Numbered from the whole stretch's first letter, positions 47,936-61,489 are shown. The stretch is 63,945 nucleotides of DNA, filler included, from Sphacelaria rigidula (GCA_964200075.2; 3 parts of 3 records of this genome joined end to end with filler, not necessarily neighbours in it), one strand, 5' to 3'. Made by a program: numbers and translations. The notes: generated by a model not told the origin, from the letters alone.

Positions 47936-49348
47936 CTAAAACATCGCCGGGTTCCGGATTAGCATGGCCCGTAAGAGGGAGGAGTTGTTGTCCCACCGAC
48001 ACGAAATGTTCTGTGTCGGCTGGTGCGCCAATACGGGGTAACATTTCAGCAAGATAATGACCCGTAAGTGCTGGCATGCTTCAAGAAGTTGGGGGTCGTC
48101 GGAGAGTGTAATACCCACGCTACCGTTATATCGTAGGTGGTAAGCAGCTCCGGTTGCTTGAGGATTTTTCTGATAAGCCAGGGCGCCGTGGAGAGTACCG
48201 AAGTGCTCGAGGTTGAATTCTCCACGAGGCGGGGAATGTGGCGTTAGTGGTGGAAGCGTGCGGTAGGTGCGTTTATTAAACCGCATATAGCTATCTCTGC
48301 CCACTAATATGGCGTGATGCATGGTGCTGTCGGGGACAACGTATGCCCAGACTGCGAGGCTGGCAGATCGAGTGGTGTTGTGAAAGAATTGCACACTGAG
48401 GCGTACGGATTTACGTGTCGTCAGTAGTGCGGCAGAATCACCGAAATCACCCCACACTAGAGGTTTGGTGGTGGTTTCACAAGCTGCAGTAGCAGCGCCA
48501 GTCTGTTTCATGTGTTTCCATGTTGATTCTCGGATAAATGTTTGCGGGCTGCCGCTGTCCAACAAGGATACGCATTTCGTAGGCGTGATCGCCTTTGGAC
48601 CGGAAAGTATCGCAACGCGAGTAGTGAAAGGGGCCGGATCTACAGACACTTTACCGCCGAAAAGATCCGGACCATGTTCCGGCAAGGTAAAGTGGTCAGG
48701 ATCAGCGTGGCTGACAGTAAAAACGCACGGTGGATGATCCGCCGGTGGGTCAGATGTCTCACCAGAGAAGGGGGTGGACGGTATATTATTTCCAGGTGTG
48801 ACACGGTCATTGGCGATTTCGTAAATGATCGTCTTTGGTTGACAGGGATCACCGTCGAAGGGCGATCCAGAATGTGCGGGGCTGGAGTCGTCGATTGAAG
48901 AAGTAGTGCCGTTAGAATCATGTGATTTTGTTTCTTCCGGGGTACTTGATAGAGCCGTCGAGCTCAAAGTCGTCGCATTTTGGAGAGGTTGAGGTCGAGG
49001 ATTTCCGCTCGAAAGAGGTGTACGTAATGATGCGCGCGCGTCCTTGGGGGCATGCTTACGGGGCTTCCTCTTTCGCCGTGACAAAGGTCGGGGAACTTCC
49101 GATACATTTGGGGATGAAATCACAACTGCGTCCAGTTGCGTGGATGGGGTCAGCATCGGGGCATGACGGAGCGAAACTTGTGGGCTGCTTTCCGTAGGCA
49201 AGCTTGGCTGTTGAGGCATAGCCGAAGATATGTTGGGGCGGTTGTTAATAAAACCGGCCGAAGGTAGGTCCGTGGGTCTTGAAAATCGCGGGGAAGGAGC
49301 CCGATCGAACTGATTGAGAATTACACGATCCGATGTGGTCACGGTCAA
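47936..49348 (-). pseudogene. Gypsy protease region with long Pro/Ser-rich N-terminal linker
   Basis: SLLDSGSPQTFI (aspartic protease DSG) and AILVGRD motifs. Confidence 0.88.
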
Positions 49349-49749
49349 ATCAGCAACACTTCGGTCAGCTGTAAAATACTTACTGCTACCTGTGCGTGCG
49401 GTCTTTGAGGGAAGCCTTTGCCTCAGGTACTGGCGGTTGGTCTTCCCACACCTCAGAATTATACTCGGTTCTGAAGGACCAAGTTCAATGCCGGGTGTAG
49501 GTCTGAGTCGCGGGGTGATACAACTGTTACGCGGTGTGTGGAGGGATGAGGACGAGGGTCGATATGAACGACCGTCAGTTGCACTCCTGCATAGTGCCGG
49601 GAGAGCCGGGTGGACAATCTTAGTCGCGGGCTCTGCGGGCAGTGTTGAAAATTGTGTGGAGGGTGGAGATGAAGGTCGATATATGAACGGCCGTCAGTTA
49701 CCCTCCTGGGTAGTGCCGGGGGAGTCGAGTGAGCAATTTTAGACACGGA

Positions 49750-52700
49750 TTCCGCGGTCTGTGTTGAGAAAGTCTTCGCTCGTGCTATCGACGGCGTGGA
49801 AGACCGAAGAACGCCGGCGTCGGCACGTCATGGATCTAAGCGATCCGTAGTGAAGGTACCAGGGTTTCTGGTGTCGGGATTAGAACCTTGTGTCGGTCCC
49901 GTCCGCTGGTGTCTGTTAGCGGAACGTTTGTTGTCGCGAGAATTTTGGTCATTCTGGCGAGGCCTTCCGTGCTTGTTGTTGTGTCGGCGACCGCGATTAG
50001 AGCTTTTGTTGCCACGTTGGTTCGAATTGCTGCGGTAATTTCGATTTGGTGGACGATAGCCGCGCATGCATTTTTGTCATCGGCGCCACGCGGGTTTATT
50101 GTCCTGCAATATAGGGTTCATGAGATCAAAGGCATTGATGCGTGGACTGTCACAGTCGCGTATGCTGTGACCTTCAACACTACAGTTGATGCAACTGTTG
50201 GCATGACTGCTGAAGGCATTACGTCTAGCGGAAGACGAAAGAAGTGGGTTCCATAAATGGGGGTCATCGGTTATGAATGCCGTTGTTGAAGTCAAATAAA
50301 CATCATCCCAACTTTCCTCGGGAAATGGCCAACGATCAAAACTCGCGCTAAATGCATTTTTGGTACGCTGAAAATGCATAACTGAACCGGCGACTGAGTC
50401 GGGGGTCCATGAAGCGCGAGACGAGCTCGAATTTCTGCCACGAGTCCCTTGGGCATGAGCGGAGGACATAATCGTAGGTTGTGAACGCACAGACGTTGAA
50501 GGTTTGCCACGTATGGTAGGCGTTAGATTAACCTCTTGGTGTACAAAAGCAGACCACATAGTATCAACGGAGGCGTAAGGCACCTCGCGATGCGCCAAGA
50601 CACCCGGAAACAACGATGGCATCAGAGCCGGATACTGTTGAGCAACGCTATTGCGAACATAAATCGGACACATTGCGTCGCTCGGTCCATTCTGGCGTCC
50701 GACACCCGTCGTACCCGAAACCAAAAGCTTAAATTCGCGGAGATAATCCGCGAAGGGGACATCAGAGGCGACAACAAAAGAACTCAGCCTCTGGATGGCA
50801 CTGGCCTGGTCACTTTTATCGGAGTAACCGATCAGACGCCTCTCCAAATCACAGAGTGATACCGGGCCTGTCTTCTCCTTGGCACGGTCCGGGTCCATCC
50901 CGGCGAGGAAGCCGTCGAGAATTTGCGTTCAAGAAGCAGCGAGGTCGGGAGAGCGGCGGCTGATCGATCGATGCATTGCTTTGTGCAGGGGAGTCTGCCA
51001 GCCCTCTACCCAGTCGGAGTCTTCGGAACGCTGCGTGCCAGTCACATCCGCCAAGTGAAGGATGTTACAATCAGTGCGGCGGATGGATGTGATGAGGGCA
51101 GAACTAAACTGGCCCCAATCTTTGTTATCCGCGGCAGGTATGGTTTTGATGTGCCAGAGTTTTTTCACATCCATCCGAGTATACTGTCTCTGTATTGCAG
51201 CTACTCGGGTAGACTCAGCTCTATCGGAAGCTGCTGTTTTGCCAGCTTCGGAGCGTTCTTCGTCAGCCGCAGCGGTTGGTAAGGCGCGGGCTGCAGTAGA
51301 AGACAAAGGACGGTCAGTTGTATCCGTATCAGACAAACCTAAAAGGCAGGCCGAAACATAAGCCAATTTAGGAATCCCTTGCCTGGGGGTCGCCGAGCCC
51401 GAGGCGGGAAGATCTGTGTCAGACTTCTTCCAGCCAGTTGCCGATGAACCGGAAGAATTACCTCCGTGGTTCTTGCGGTGCGGTTTGCGAGGCGGGCGGT
51501 TCGGTCCGGAACCGCCCGAAGAGGATCCCCCATCGCCATGGCGGCGGCGTGAATTCCCTCCATCGTTGTCATCGTCGTCGCGCCTGTGATTCTTCCTCTG
51601 ACCCCGGCCATTGGATGTTGCGGGAGTCCACCCACCTTCATCTTCGTCTCCGTCGATGGTGGCGCCGGGATGAGTATTGTAGGCGGCGCGAAGCGCCGCA
51701 AAAAGTTGGGTGATCGCGGCAACGTAAATTTGGTGGTCCCGGTGATTGCCAATGGTTGTCTGTAGAACCAGTTGGCCCAAGGTGAGCACCGAAACGCTCT
51801 CTTTGGGGAGGAAGCCGTTCGGTTCAACATCAACCCCCACAGCATAGAACATACGTTGTGAGATCGAGGCCCATGTGTCGCGGGAACATAGGAGGTGGCT
51901 TCGGCGTTCAAAAGGACCGGTTTAAGTGGTCACAAGACGAGAAAGCCACTCTCGTTCGTGGGACACGAGTTGCAAGTCTTGCGCGGAAACGGCGCTCGGC
52001 ACCGAGCTAACTTCTTGCGGTGGTGGTGTTGGAGGCGTCGTGGCGGCGGCAGCGGCCGCAGCAGACGACGTCCTGTCAGACTTACGTGGAATCACGTAGG
52101 TCGATCTGTTGGGTGTTGGCAGGCGGGGTCTGAGAAAGTGATTGGCCGAGAGAGGCTTGATGGTCGGATAGGCGCGCCACCGACGAGTCCGCTGCTTGAG
52201 TCGTCCGCCGAACATGATCTTCGAGCTCCCGGACCCGTCTCTGGGCCGCCACGGCCGCAGTACGGCCCTCCTGCAGCGCTCGTTGCGCCGCCGTGCTCGT
52301 GGATTGGGCATGGGAGGCCTGCCGCTGAAGATCCTTGAGCGTTTCTGCGTGCTCCTCCAGAAGGAGGCGGGCAGCGGCGGCGTCAGCGTCACGTTGCTGA
52401 CCAAGTATGTCCTGTGCCAATGCAGGCGCTTGTGATGCATAGTCATCGATGAGCTGCTGCTGTTCCGCACAGGATCGGTTTGTGAACAGCCGTACAAGTA
52501 GGCCGGTGGGGCAGTGCTCGTCGCCGAGCGGAGGGAGGACCTCCACGGATGGGGGCGGGCGCACAGGGGCAGTTGTGGGACCACTATCGGCGTCCGTGTC
52601 GACGGCAGACGGAGCGGCGACGGTTGTAAGAGCCGTCGCGGGGGCGGCTGAAGGCGCAGCGACCACAGTAGCGGCAGCAGTAGCTCCAGGAGCGCGAGTG

Positions 52701-54115
52701 GGCTTCGTGGCGGTGGCAGCGGATGTGGAAGTGTCCATGGTAGACAGTTGTCTCTCAAGTTCTGTCAAGCGTTGTTGAAGAGAACTAATAAGCGCAGCAT
52801 CGGAGCGGGAAGGTGGTTCGCGGTCAATGCGTGGTCGTCGGTTGTGCGATGAAGTGCGGCCGGATCCTTCAATTGAGGATTCCGGAGCCGGTGACATGTC
52901 CGAAAATATGTTTTGGATATCATCAGTATGTACAGTGTTATCATTGTGTACACGACGGCTGTGTGACAGATGCGGAGCAGGAGAGGTGCGCGAGGGTGCA
53001 TGATCGGTGTTTTTCGAGCGCGAGTGAACGCGCGAAGAACTTGATCTGTGCCGCAAGGCATCCTCATGAGTACGTTCACGGTTAGCATTCACCGGGCGCT
53101 TCGGAGCGCGCGATGAGTCTGAACTGTGACGAGAACTACCGTCATAAGTGTAACCGTGAGTGATGTTCTTCGGGCGTGTAGAAATGCGCGATGAATTCAA
53201 GCTTTGCTGGGAGTTGCCATTAGAACTGCCAGAACGGGAAACGTGGTCGTGACCAAGTCTCGGTGTGGGGCGCGGGTCAGAAGGGCGAGTAAGGCTCTGG
53301 TGCGACGTTGAGGAAGGGTTGGACTCATGTTCGCTGAATCTGTCATGAGTGACGAACGGAGAGCGCGATGTCGCCGAACGGGGCGCCAGACGTATGGGTT
53401 TGGGCGTGGCAGGTGCAAAATCATCATTGAATTGCACATGAGCAGATGCCGATTGATCTTGGAACGTGGCGTGGCAAAAATCCGTAAATGCCTCGATGAA
53501 AGCTTGCGCTGGCGACGGCGACGACGCCGATGAGGTGCGATGCAGAGTTTTCATGGCAGCATGTATGGCCGCAACTGCCGGTCCGACATTGAACTGCGCA
53601 GTACGGCGCACGGGACTATCGAGAGTCGTGCGAAGGGGGTCCGTATCGGAAGCAGCCCGTGTGACAAGTTTTCTTGCTCCAGAAGCGATATGCTTCATCG
53701 GGACAGAATCGTCTCGTGAGTTGTCAGCCGTAAAACGACGGGGTGCCACGGTTGAAGCAACCGTTACAGGGCCAAGCTGGACACGTGGGTCCAGGGGCAA
53801 CGACTCAGCTGGGGGCACAATCCTGACTTCTGATTCCACATTGGGATTTGGAAGAACAGAACGCAGCGAGAGGGGTGCAACGGAACCCACCATTATGGGC
53901 TCACTGACATGTCCGTCAGGAACCAATGACTCCGCCGGTTGCACTACCTTGTTCTCTGGGTCCAAGTCGGAACGTGAGAGAACAGGTCTCGGTGTCAAAG
54001 TCTTGTCTTCAAGCCTTGAAGAACGAGCATCGCTCGAAAGTTGGTCTTCAGATCCCGAAGATCGAACAGCGCTCGCATACGTGCGACGATGAGTTGACGG
54101 TGACTTGACATTCAT
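49750..54115 (-). pseudogene. Very long gag-like region (ORFs 52082..54115, 50929..51852, 50077..50898), frameshifted
   Basis: Zinc knuckle CINCSVEGHSIRDC in 50077..50898, capsid-like FADYLREFKLL, coiled coils in 52082..54115, same strand and directly upstream of the protease. Confidence 0.75.
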
Positions 54116-56316
54116 CTTAAAAGATTTCGAACCGCCAGTAATTTGACTCCGGGTCCGACGAAGCGATTGATTTCCCTATTGGGGGGAAGAGCCAGCGTTA
54201 TTTCTGCGCGACATGATAATCGTACGCAACCTTTGTGCTTAAAAAAGCAGGGGCAGTGTGTTTGGTCTGCGAGCTCTAATCAAAGGAGCGTGACACCAAG
54301 AGATGCTACATGCAAAAGCCGAAGCTTGTATCCAAAAATACGGGATAATAAAGCCTAATAGCGCCTGAGGGGACCGTGGGACCTGATTCACTTGAGTAAT
54401 TTGTTCAAGCGAGTTGCTGTATGTAACAACTATGTCCGGGGTCTAGTCAATACAACTTTATTCAAGTTGTGGCGGTAATAGCTATCAGCGGAGCTCGGGA
54501 TTGTGCACAGAACAGACGTATGTCGTCGAAGAAAAGCGAAGACCCGATTGTCTGTAGCAGCGTTGGTACGTGAAAGTCGTACAACTTACACGTGATCCGG
54601 GTATGGCGTCACGGGCAGACTATAGTATTATCCCGGCACAAGCTGAGGGATGACTGGCGGTGTGCAAATGAAAATAATAATAATAATTTTTTTCAGATGA
54701 GCACGAAAATTGTGCAGCGTGAGGCAGCACAAAAGCTTGGTGCACAACAGGAGCAACGCTGAGAGCAGGTGCCGAGAAGTTGTAGTGCACAGACAAGGGG
54801 CACTGGTTTCGAGTGCTGTCTGTTCAAATAGCACGTAACGTAGGTTTGAATTTTTTTAACAAGTATTATCACAACGAAACCGCCTCGGAACAATAACTTG
54901 GTTCGTTCGAGAGGGGGTCGAAGGAGAAAAAAATCACAGTACGTTGTGTTGTGTAGTGTTACCTACCACGGTGATGTACCGCGTTGCTCTACGGTTGTGC
55001 GAAGTACAGAGGAGGACAACAACGACAAAGTAGCTACAAGCAACGAAGTTAAAGTGCCGGAACGGGTCCAAATTTCGTGTACAGGTGTCCATGTTCACTT
55101 TGTGGGAGCACGGTTGTACTTGTTCAGTATTTTCGTGAAGGAAAGATACACGGTCGCGTACAATCGATGCTGAAAAATAAGAGCTGCAGAGTGTTGACTT
55201 GGCAGGAGCTCAGGTCAGGAACAGCGGCTGACAATGAACAACGGTGCGCCTTGTGCACTGGTGTTCTGTACAAACCTGTAGCAGAAGACTTCTCCTGGCA
55301 AAAGGAAAGGGAAAAACAAGACCAAATACGCGAGCCAACGATGGCGTGGCGCGTGATCGTGCCTGACTGAATCCTACTCATACCGTGCGGCGTTGTGCAG
55401 GTGTATGCCCAAAATGATAGCACGGCGAGAATAGCAAGCGGTGCGCGTTGACCCAATCGTAGTACAAGATGTGTAGTCAAGCGTTGCAGCAAATTGCGCA
55501 TAGCAGGGCACGTATACTTTGAACCAAGGGACACACAGGGCAGAAGCTTGCAGAAGCTATTGACTATCCAGAGTGATAGGTTCGACTACCTATTGTACCG
55601 AACAAAACACAAGGGGGAAAAAGTGATCGCAAAGCTGGGTTCACGCAGCTGGACGGCAGGGATACAAATCGGTATCAAGAAGGAAAGCAATCGCAAAAGA
55701 AGAAGCTCCTTAGTCAGACGCCAATGTAATGAAGAGCAGGCGGTAGTATAATGCAGGGATGCAGCTTGCAACCCAGGGCACAAGCTTACGAGGCAAGCAC
55801 ACAACCGTCGGACTGCTACAGTTTGTAGAGACCGCACACGGGCTCAGCGTCCGAATATCAGACAAGTATTTCACGCGATGGTTCTTTTTAACTTCTCTTT
55901 TGATTGACTTGATTTCGAACTTTAGTATACAATCAATCAATCAAACTCAAATGCGCCTCACCGATGCTCAGACTTCTTTCTGCTGGGATGCAGTGGTGGA
56001 GCGGTAGGTAGTGATCGATGGTGGGAGCTTTGGTCGTGTTTAGCGACCAAAGCCAGTATCATCCCTGCAATTACACAGGTTCACATTCGTATCCGACCAG
56101 CTCTGAACAGATCTGCAGTCTTGACACAAGAAAGCGAATGACCAGACTCGACAACGGATCTGAAGTGGCATGACAACAGGCAAGTATGCGTCTTCATGAC
56201 ATGAGGTTCATGTCGCCACATTCACCAAGGCGCTGGCCATCGTCATCAACTTCGGCACCACCGACAACGACGGCGGGTGGGATAGGAGAGCTTTCATCCC
56301 AGGAGAGCTGACGAGA

Positions 56317-57186
56317 ATGGCGTCGGCGCTGGACGCGTACACCGTGAAAAACTACGCCGCTCTACACAGAGACGAGGCGGCCGTCAAAACCCACGTTATC
56401 ACTGACCTTAACCACGACATCAACGGGTGGCTGACAGAATGCAGGGACGCTGGGCTGAATCTACGTATGGAGTCTCCCGCCGCCCCACCCGCCAACGGGC
56501 AGGGCCCCGCGGCGCGGGTACCAGCGATCACCCGCGTGAAGACGCTCACCGCCGACGACCACCCCAGCAGCCTCACTGGTCGCCAAAACCTTGGGCTTTC
56601 GGTAGCAGGCTCACCCGCGCAGCCCGTCCCCAAGACAGCCGTCAAGCGGAAGGCGCTCCCTCACGGGGGCACGAGCAACACAGTCAAACGCGTCGCTTCC
56701 CACCCTCCGTCGTACCCGCCCCAGTGGCAACATCTCACGCCACCGAACACCGATTTCAACACGGAACTGACGTCATGGGCCTTACCGGTAGGCGTCTGCG
56801 TACGAGCTTTTCAGGGCCTCACATGCCCACGGGGGCGCGGCTGCCGCCTACCGGGCCACACCAGCAAGCATGAAGCCGTCGGAGCCCCCCCCCTCCAGCC
56901 GCCAGCGGCGTTCCAGATGACTCCAACACCCCCGCTGGCGGCGACGGCAAAACCACCAGCACCAGCGGCACCGGCGGCCGCAGCGAGTACAGCGGCGCGC
57001 TTTTCCCACAACTTCGGCGGAAAATGGCGGAGCTGGGCGGGGCATCTGAGGGTGCGGGCTCCGCCAGTCGGTGGGTCCTACCAGTCTGGGGGGAGGAGGA
57101 ACACCGGTCACGGACTCAGCGAGGTCGGTGGGTATCGCCCAGGCCCCCCAACCGGGGTCGGTGGCGGTAAGCTTCTTTCACGGTGA
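56317..57186 (+). CDS. ORF1, gag-like protein of the YR retrotransposon (frame open from 56200)
   Basis: 289-aa ORF with a CCCH-like motif CVRAFQGLTCPRGRGCRLPGH and Pro/Ala/Gly-rich flanks, upstream of RT. Confidence 0.7.
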   Translation: MASALDAYTVKNYAALHRDEAAVKTHVITDLNHDINGWLTECRDAGLNLRMESPAAPPANGQGPAARVPAITRVKTLTADDHPSSLTGRQNLGLSVAGSPAQPVPKTAVKRKALPHGGTSNTVKRVASHPPSYPPQWQHLTPPNTDFNTELTSWALPVGVCVRAFQGLTCPRGRGCRLPGHTSKHEAVGAPPLQPPAAFQMTPTPPLAATAKPPAPAAPAAAASTAARFSHNFGGKWRSWAGHLRVRAPPVGGSYQSGGRRNTGHGLSEVGGYRPGPPTGVGGGKLLSR

Positions 57187-57751
57187 GAGCAGAAGTACCG
57201 ACGCATGTAGTAACCCCAAAGCCCGTCACAGCGGTAGATCGCGTAGTCCCATCCCGCATTATCCACGCCCGACAAACAAGTCGATGACCAACCCCACCAA
57301 GACGTACCGTAACAAGCAAATGTCGGCAGGTTACGCTAGATTGGACGGTAGAGCTCATATGCATGAAATATTCGATGACATCACCGCCTCGCGCAAACAC
57401 ACGAAAAAAAACAAACACACGAACAATGGCCCGCACGACTACAGTAACCGGTCGACTCTGAGGTATAGCGGAACGCACGAACGTGCACAGGTAAGCCAGC
57501 AACAAGATCAGGTAATCTACCCGTCCATGACTAACGAAAACAACAGTAGTACATGAAGACAACACGCCAAAACCACTTCGCACATCCCTGCAGACAAAAG
57601 ACGTGTAGAAGTAGATCCGGCGGTCGGCACTTACGCACAGGTAACCCTGAACGTCGGTAGATCAGACAATAACAGAACTCATGCTCCCCGTGAAATTCGT
57701 ATCGCACCCAGGGCAGAAGAAGACCCGGCGTTCGGTAGTTCCGAGGGACCC

Positions 57752-60283
57752 TTGAACAACGGCACGTCCATGTTGACGAGCGCAAAGCGTGCAAACTCGA
57801 TAACCAGTGACTTAAGGGGAGCAAAAGAACACAGAGGTGCAGAAGAAGATCCGTTGTGTGGCAGTTTCGAGGGAACTCTGGATAACGGCATGTCCATGTC
57901 GACGAGCGCAAAGCGTGCACGAGTTCAAAGCAGCACCTGGTGCACTAAAGCAAAACCGTTGACCAATAGTTACACACAGGTAGTCCCAGATAACGGCTCG
58001 CATACACTGACGTGTGAGAAGCCCGCAGAGAGAAAGAACAACACCGATAGTAAGGAGATCATCGGTAGGCGAAATTTCGGGTCGGTGAGAAACTCACCTC
58101 CAGTTGGGACCACACGCCACCGAAGCCCAACCGGACACACAGACCACCAAAGCAAAAACCTTAATACCCGGTGGAAACAGCAACAGCAAGAACTATCGAG
58201 TGCACACGTAGGCCTAACAGAAATGAAACGCATCGTCACAGACCTAGCCGCCACCTGCACGAGTCTCGTCCGACTCAACCACGAAAGAATCGGGGATGTA
58301 GCAAAGGGGCTCGGCGGCACTTTGGTGTCACCGCCGATGAACCTGAGAGACGTCCACGAGTATTTCGATAACCAAAAACACTTCCCTCGGATAAGAGAAC
58401 TCCTGCACATGATTGAGTACGGAGTCCCAATGAACACATCGTCTCGCGATCCCGATCTTCGAGGAGCGCTGAAATACGGTAATCACCGCAGTATTGAACA
58501 ACACATGCCTCAAGTCTGGGAGAAGTTGGTTGAGGATGTACGAAGGAACAGATGCCTGGTGTTTGAAAAAGGGGCGGCGCTCGAAATCAGCGGCCTCAGA
58601 GTGGCCCCGCTTGGGGTAGTAGTAACTAGTAAAGTTAGGATTATCAACAATTTTTCGTTCGATCCCAGTGTACCGAAGGGAGAAAAAGGCGGCTTAAACC
58701 GGGACATGATTGTGGACGAGGTGCCGCAATGCCTCTGCGGAGAGGCACCCCCAAAACTACTGAACTAACTCCTGAAGTTACGTGTCAAGGTTTCGGATAG
58801 CAGAATCCTACTGTCAAAGGCGGACATCTCGAATGCGTTCAGAAATGTCAGGATCGCGCCCGACCAGGCGCAAAGCTGCTGTTACGTGGTAGACGACGTT
58901 ATAGTAGCAGACTCTCGGCTCACGTTTGGATGGACGGGATCCCCCGGCTACTGGGAGCTCTTATCACAGGCTGCTGAACACGCACACTGCAATACCACAG
59001 TACTCGACGCCGTAATACTCGACGAAGGTAGAGAGATGATGAAACACGTGACCATAGTCGAGCCCTGGGAAGAAGGGACGCCTACAAAGGTCCCGCCCGA
59101 CACTGCTATTCCCCCAGCAAACGGAGGGGGATTCCATGACCCCTTTTTCGTTAGCGTGTATGTGGACGACTATATCCTAGCAAGGGAACAGCACAACGCG
59201 CAAAATAAATCGGCGCTAGCCGCGTCAGCTTCGCTAGCTTCAGACCACATCAGACTGTTCGGTGCCGGAGAGCCGGGCGAGATAACCATCTTCGCACCTA
59301 AAAAAATTAAAAACTGGGATACCAGTATGGATGCGTTGGGATTCACGATCGATACACACACCATGCGGATGGCGGTCACTCGAGAAAAGTTTGAAGCTAT
59401 CAAAGAATCGCGGGAGCGCGACTGGCCCGCGACCAAGACACGCGCGACCGCGCATGACGTACTCAGCATAGCTGGAAAACACTGGAACCTCACGTTTGTT
59501 GTAAGATCCGGAAAATACTTCGTATGGAAACTACTACGCCTCACCGACCTACACGTAGCCGCGAAAAAGAAACGCAAGGTGAGACGAACAGTGAACCTTG
59601 GCTGGGAGTTTCACGAGGATACCGCCTTTTGGAAATCGGGTATTGCGGAGAACCTAGTGCATCACGGTGAATCGCTTAGCGCCCCGTTCTTGGCCCACAC
59701 AAAACGCACCGGATCTCGTAGATACATCTCCGACGCGAGCCTGGCAGCGGTTGGCGGGTACTGCCCAGAGCTCGGGTTATTCTGGTGGTACTCTTTACCA
59801 CATGAGCTCACATGTGACCTGAAGAGAAAAGCAAAAAATAGAGAAACATGTGCGATCACTATCAATCTACTAGAACTGTGCGGAATATTCATGACCGCCT
59901 GCGCTATCCAAATGTTTGAGGGCGAAAAGCCCACGGAGAGAGGGGACCCAATCCTGATGCGTGACGACAACTCGTCGGCTGTACACTGGGTAAGTAAATG
60001 CGGGGGATCAAAAGACAGACGCGCCGCCCTTCTGATGCGAATGATGGGTCGCATGGGAGTCGCCACTGGGTGGTGTACTATAGCGAGACACATACCTAGC
60101 GTCGAAAACGAGCTAGCAGACGGCATCTCGAGATGGCCGGAGTCGGATGTGGCCGAGAGGGTAGCACGGTTGTCAGGAAACCTCAATTGTAAACGGCTAG
60201 AGCTAGGAAATCGAGGCAGAGAGATACTCGAATTGATTTTGCAAGAAAAAACCCTGGACCACAGTCTAGACGAACAGATCTAG
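57752..60283 (+). pseudogene. RT-RNase H of the YR retrotransposon, one internal nonsense codon (TAA 58766-58768)
   Basis: Track ORFs 57752..58768 and 58886..60283 share a frame. Motifs: VAPLGVV..KVRII, KADISNAFRNV, LTFGWTGSPG, VYVDDY; RNase H ISDAS, INLLEL, DNSSAV, HIPSVENELADGISR. Confidence 0.93.
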
Positions 60284-60476
60284 AACATGATGTCCCGACA
60301 AGCAGACGGAAACCGCGCTGAACAAAAAGGGAGGCCCCGCCAGAGATGAGAAGGGCGTTGCAAAGCTAGTAGAACGACTAGCCCACGCGTCAATTAACAC
60401 CAGCACAAGAAACGGGTACGAGAAAAACTTCGAAAAGTGGTCGAAGTGGAGGGACCGCCGAGAAAAGCCCGTATAT

Positions 60477-61400
60477 ATGTCAAGGACCAACGGCGAGGCT
60501 AGCGCGGTCACCGATATCACTGAATCTATTGCGTGGCGGCTTTTTACGCACAAAACCCAGAGGGGGACAGTGCGGGGGTATTTGTCAGCGATAAGCTTTC
60601 ACCACAAGATACATTCCGGCTGGGAGTTACCTATGAAACACTGTATGATAGCAGCCGTGCTCAAGGGAGTTGATCGAGCACACGGAAAATACGAGGTAAG
60701 GCTCCGTGTGCGAAAACCGCTGACGCTATCACTGTTGGTAGAAGGGAGAATATTAGAGACGGATACGACACAGAGCCGAGTCACATGGATAGGCCTAGCC
60801 CTATCGTATTTCCTTCTATGCAGGGCCTCCGAAATCTGGGTATACACCTGTGGTTTGGTACATCCAGATTTTTGCCTCCGGAGGGGAGACCTTACCTTTT
60901 TCAGAGAAAATTCCCGACTGATCTGGTCAGACAGGGGCATGGCCGATAGGGTCGAGGTGCGTTTTAGAGCCTCCAAGGCGGACCAAAAACGCCTAGGGGC
61001 GGTTGTATCTCGAATACGAGTAGGGGGAGGCGCGCGGAGCGCCGAAAGATCTGAAAACACAGGGGCACTAGAGCTCCTACTCGAGCTGCTCGACTACCAC
61101 TCAGAGTTGGGGGTAGAAGCTCCACTGATGCAGACCGTAGGTAAGACCGGAGGGGTGGCAGTCACTCGGGCACGCGCGACGAGCGCACTTAGGCAACTAA
61201 TTTCCAGTACAGGAAGGGACTCGACGGGGTACGCGCTGCACTCCGGTAGGATCGGGGGAGCAACACATCTAGCGGCGCAGGGGGTGTCGCAACTGCAGAT
61301 TAAGAGAGTGAGGAGGTGGAAATCGCTGGCCTTCATGATGTACGTAAGAGTGGGGGGCGAAGGAGCGAAATTCGTATCGCAAGCACTCACTGGGGAGTAA
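60477..61400 (+). CDS. Tyrosine recombinase (frame open without ATG from 60291)
   Basis: Catalytic set visible: LCRASE (R), ASKADQ (K), HSGRIGGA (HxxR), RWKS (W), MMYVR (Y). Upstream in-frame SINTSTRNGYEKNFEKWSKW resembles the core-binding domain start. Confidence 0.93.
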   Translation: MSRTNGEASAVTDITESIAWRLFTHKTQRGTVRGYLSAISFHHKIHSGWELPMKHCMIAAVLKGVDRAHGKYEVRLRVRKPLTLSLLVEGRILETDTTQSRVTWIGLALSYFLLCRASEIWVYTCGLVHPDFCLRRGDLTFFRENSRLIWSDRGMADRVEVRFRASKADQKRLGAVVSRIRVGGGARSAERSENTGALELLLELLDYHSELGVEAPLMQTVGKTGGVAVTRARATSALRQLISSTGRDSTGYALHSGRIGGATHLAAQGVSQLQIKRVRRWKSLAFMMYVRVGGEGAKFVSQALTGE

Positions 61401-61489
61401 AGTACAAACAAAGAAGAGAAGAAAATAAATGAAATCGAGGTGAAGAAAAATAGGAGAAGGAAAGAGGGAACATATCGGGCTGCCCAATA

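Larger units (their letters stand above)
43410..54115 (-). mobile_element. Large decayed Ty3/Gypsy retrotransposon (~10.7 kb gag-pol region); LTRs not identified
   Basis: Order gag-PR-RT-RNase H-IN on -, split across frameshifted ORFs (see sub-features). Confidence 0.93.

Noticed and set aside
53466-54092. Long antisense ORFs (also 17418..18122, 43620..44261, 59662..60186, 33730..34218)
   Set aside because: Shadows of GC-rich coding sequence on the other strand; no independent motifs.
54120-56199. 5' LTR and PBS of the large Gypsy, or A1 repeat of the YR element
   Set aside because: I found no match to 42713-43400 or 61666-62003 and no convincing PBS; left unannotated.
60477-61400. Phage integrase, prophage or Crypton interpretation of the tyrosine recombinase
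   Set aside because: It lies directly behind a DIRS-type RT-RNase H on the same strand, with 3' split-type repeats; no phage genes.
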